DNA of 64,000 nt from the human T2T-CHM13v2.0 reference genome, Homo sapiens: NCBI RefSeq assembly GCF_009914755.1, contig NC_060932.1. The stretch is one strand, 5' to 3'. The position numbers and the translations under genes were made by a program. A model generated the notes under the pieces. It made no database searches. It was given only the letters and a program-made list of their open reading frames with translations, and had not been told where the DNA came from. Numbering within the stretch: position 1 is the stretch's first letter; every line of letters starts with the position of its first letter. This document shows, piece after piece, positions 59,765-64,000 of the stretch.

Positions 59765-59880
59765 AAGGCCAGGAATCAAATGGCTGAGGTTCAGGGCTCA
59801 GCTTCCACTTTTCTGATCTACTGCCTTCGGCAAGTAACTTCACTTCTCTTGACCTGAGTTTTTTCATTGATAAGAATATC
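59765..59880 (+). mobile_element. MIR
   Basis: ggaatcaaatggctgaggttca...gccttcggcaagtaacttcacttctcttgacctgagttt. Confidence 0.7.
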
Positions 59881-60879
59881 TGTTTTGTTTCTGTACATTA
59901 AACATGAGTAAATATGTTTCACTCTCAGGAACTGGTTATTAAAGAGTTTTCACTCAAAAATACATTTGATTTACATTCGCTTCTGTACAAAAAATAATAA
60001 CTATTTGTAGAAGGTTCAATAATAACAAAAAACTAAGCTAACCATGTACAACTAAGACAACCTGAATCACGTTCAGAGATGAACAATTTCTGACTCAGGT
60101 GTGTTACGATTATGAAAATGGTAAGTCCGTATGACTTAGTTGTCTTTGTTTCTCTCCAATATTTCAGTTTCTGGAGTAATGTAAGTATAACAGCATGTTT
60201 AGCTCAGTATGATGCACCAAACACATCCCTCTTTTTCCCATGCAAAGCCTGAGTAAATTTCATTTTCTGTGATATCAACATTGTTATTCTGCTTTATCAT
60301 TGGCATTTGTCTAGTGCATGTTTTCTTTCTTAATTCACAGTCTTTTTATACAAATTTTAAAAGTCAAGGAGTGTTTTTACTGATAAAGAAATTTTGCTGA
60401 TTCAAAGGTATTGATTATAGTTATTCGGGGGCTTCTTTTTATGATATGACTTTCCTACTCTGATGTTGTGGTTGGTCTGATGAGGCTCCTTTTTCCAAAT
60501 TGCTATCCACCTTCACCTTCCCTGATTTTTTTTTTTCTCCTCAGTCTTCAAACCTACAAAGCCTCTATTTTTCTAGTAATTAACCAAAGATATTAAACTT
60601 TACCAAAGTAAATTTAAAATCAATAAGCTGTACAGCTGCTCCTAAATCCCCTAAAATATTGAGAACTTTACCACGATATTATTTATCTTCCTTTCACTTG
60701 CCTTTTGTTACTTCCCCTGTTGTAAATACGTTGAATTTTGGTTCAGAATTGTTACCAATTATTTTTTTGACATCATCCCTCCACTTTCAGACCTAATTTT
60801 CAATGTTTAAATTCTTGCCATCCTCCCCTAACCATTTTCTGATTGAGATATTTGTAATGATTCTACAATTCTTTGTAGT

Positions 60880-61420
60880 TCAATGTGTGGTTTGCACTAT
60901 TTAGAGGCCTTCCTCTGTCTGAAAATTTTTTTCTGCCTTCTGAAATCAATGCTACTTTTAGTAGCATAAATATTTTTTTAAACATTTGAAAGATTGTTTC
61001 CTTTGTCTTTCATATTCAGCATGGCTTTTGTGAAGTGTCTTGTCAGTCTGGTTCTTTCAACTTTGCAGGTCACCTTGATCCAGTCCGTCTCTATATGCTT
61101 TTCCCTAGCATATCGCTAATTATGGGTCTCTTTACATTCATGCTTTTCAATATTTAATTCACACTTTAATCTGCATATTTGAGCTTAACACAGGGAGCAT
61201 TGCTTTTGCATTTTCAAAATTATTTACTCGCTTCGATTATTTACTGATGTTTTCTCAATTCTTTTGTTATGGAGCATCTACCAGGAAAATGTTGAAACTC
61301 TCAAACTGAAACTCTGTCTCTAAAATTTTTATCTTATGTTGTCACTCTCTCTGCTCTTTGCTTCATGTCTTCAGATACTTCCTTCACCTAACCTTACACA
61401 TACTGATTTAATATTTAACC
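60880..61420 (-). mobile_element. Very old L1M fragment
   Basis: acatttgaaagattgtttcctttgtctt...gaagtgtcttgtcagtctg resembles antisense L1 5'/ORF1 region. Confidence 0.45.
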
Positions 61421-61434
61421 ATGTTCATAAATTA

Positions 61435-61780
61435 TCCATTCTGAGTCCCAGTGGAAAAACAGAAACCACTGCAAGTATTTAAATATTGGAAATTTTTTCC
61501 GGGGGAAGGATTGCATACGTGCTGGAAGATCCAAGACTTCAAGCTTGTGATGATGGTGAGGAGTCCTCCGATTCTAAGCAAGATTGAAGGAATAAGGGAA
61601 GGAGGTAGTTTCAGGGCTCCAGCGGGGTAGGGCGGGGGGAAGTGCAGGGCTATCCAGTGAGAGCCGGAGCCACGGAGGGTTGCAGCAGCTGCCGGGAACA
61701 CTGTCCAAGGCAGGAAAAAGTAACAGTATCTTGGGCTCCTTTATTCTTCCTACCCGCCTGTCTCCCTGGGCAAACCCAAG
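61435..61780. mobile_element. Possible ancient ERVL/MaLR-type LTR
   Basis: gagtcccagtggaaaaacagaaaccactgcaagtatttaa resembles old LTR termini; family not assigned. Confidence 0.35.
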
Positions 61781-64000
61781 GAAGGGCTCTCCATTTACAT
61801 TTCTTTCATTTTTGTGATGTGTCTCGTTTTTTACACTGACTTCTCTTTTCCCATGACAGTTTTATCAATGTTTTAAAACTCAGGAGTAAAATCATGACCG
61901 GCCTTTCCTGAGTGCCTACAATTTCAGGCTTGACTTTGGGTATTTTATTTAAATGAATTTATGAGCAAGGCAGGTGCACGTTATTATCTCCCGAGTGCAG
62001 AAGAGGAAGCTGTGCAATGTCAGGGGAGGTAGAATAAAACTCACAACACGTCTGTTTTGTTTCTACTGTGTCAAAATCCTTTCATCGTATCAACCAAAAA
62101 TTTAAGTGTTCATTTAGGTAAGAAAAAAACGGAAAAAATAAAATAGAGTTTTACCAAGTATGCCAATATATATTGTTTCTATAGGCCATGGGCGAGTGGG
62201 GTACCAATTCAATCCATTCAACAGGAAAAAAGTTACAACAAATATGACTTACCAAGAAAACAAGTGACTCTTTTCCACTTGCTGATGGGAATATCTTTAA
62301 GGAGTGGTTTGGGTTGCTGTAGACCCTGGCTATAACCTCTCATATCCTATTCGGTGACAAAATTAAACTATGTGCTAGTGTTTAATAGATTGCAATTCGT
62401 TACTCCGTTTTATAAATTCTTAGTGACCAATACAATTCAAAACTCATTATTTGTCATTACGTTAATGTCCAATAATATGATATTATTTATACAGTATCTT
62501 AAGCCAGCACAACTTTTTTTTACATATTACTTAAATACATTCTATCTGCGTATTGAAGAATAAATTCTACTCATCAACTGTTACTGCATTATGTTATTTT
62601 AAGAATTCAAGTTATATGCCAGTAGATGATACAGAAGAGACAGAGACTTAAATAAGTTTTTGTATAATGCTAAGAAGAGAAAGGCAATCTAGATTTTGTA
62701 GTCTCTACATTACATCGTAAACCAGAGCAAGGCGTGGCTTTGTTAAGTGGGGACATTAGATTCTAAACATAAGTCTAATTTTTATAATATGCTTAGTTTT
62801 AAATTATCCCGGGCTACTTTCTTTTAGCTCTGTACTGGAAAAACAGACTTCAGTTTATAAAACAAGAAAATTAAAGAAAATTTGGTTTTATTAGTTGGAA
62901 ATATTTAGAAATGGATTATTGGTTAAATGAAGCAAACGAATAAGTAAATAAATATTGCCCATATATATGTGTATATCCTCTGCCTTCTGATATTTGAGGG
63001 AGGAATGCCCAGCGTGCATTGCTATATTGCAAATGGAATGATTAAAACGCACACATGAACGGAGAGCATCGGGGTGCTTAGATGACTTGCCCGTTTTAGG
63101 CCAAAAATAAAATGTTCACTTTGTATTTTTCCAAGACACCTGTCATCTTTGACAGGGTCCATTAGATTTATAATTATTTGTTGCAATTTCTGTGTCACAC
63201 CTGCCATTTTTTTGCAGTCAAGTACTAGCAATTCAGGCCACACAGTGACTGGGTGATGGTCACAGAAGGACCGCATGGGTGTAGAAAGTGTAAGTGAGAG
63301 CCGACCAAAATCCAAATGCTTGCCTGCTCACTCCCATTACAGAAGGACAATAAAACAGGTCTTTATGCCTCTGTTCTTTTAAATCCAAGGGTGAGCATGG
63401 CTCACAAATCATATCCTAGTTCTTTGAATGGCTAATAACGACAGTGTCTGGAATGAAATTTTTTTTATGAAAAATTTTTATGAAAATTGTCAAATTATAC
63501 AGACAGGAAAGACTGAGAAAAACGAAATGGAATAGATTTTATTATATAGTCCTTGAAAACCTCTCTGACTTTCATGTAAATTTAGTTCATCGTTGGAAGC
63601 GGGGGGAAGTGAAATGAAAACTGCATAATAAATATTTATATTTTCTATTAATCAAAAGTTGTGGCAGGACAGAAATGACAGTGTGGTTTATTTGTCTAAG
63701 TTTTAACATAACAGCTAGATACATTATTTACAGTTTAATAAGATTAGATTTAGAGATAATGAATTTTATTCTGAGATTACAGTTATAAAATTATTTTTAA
63801 TATTACGGTAATGATATCTACTTAAAAATAGAAAAGTGAGAGTTTTATGCTAAACACAATCGACTCCTTTGGGGACAGCTTGATCATTTAAAATGTAGCC
63901 CTATCCTGTGATTTAAGTGTGATCTGTTACATAAATCTGAAATGGTAATTTGGTTATACACGTATCAATAGGCAAATTGAGCTAAAACCTTTCTCTCAAC

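Overview
AT-rich, repeat-dense primate DNA (human or another great ape, judged from the Alu, L1PA2-type, THE1C, MST and MADE1 content). It looks intergenic or intronic, and I cannot support any cellular protein-coding exon. The dominant feature is a nest at ~15.5-26 kb: an old L2 is interrupted by a complete MaLR (MSTA-type) provirus, whose 3' LTR carries a full-length ~6 kb L1PA2-type LINE-1. That L1 has an intact ORF1, an ORF2 open through EN and RT but broken in the C-terminal domain, and a truncated ORF0. A second nest (Alu in Tigger3b in L1MB) lies at 12.6-15.2 kb. Other contents are six Alus, a THE1C solo LTR with a DUX4-type site, two MADE1 MITEs, many L1M/L2/MIR relics, several microsatellites, a 70-bp minisatellite and many two-copy tandem duplications. 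I found no convincing novel protein-coding system. The best leads are non-coding and hypothetical: repeat-driven spliced transcripts (L1 antisense promoter/ORF0, THE1C), a minisatellite whose unit carries a full set of splice signals, and an adjacent MADE1 hairpin with compensatory changes. Repeat subfamily names come from recalled consensus sequences, not an alignment run, and boundaries of old elements are approximate.
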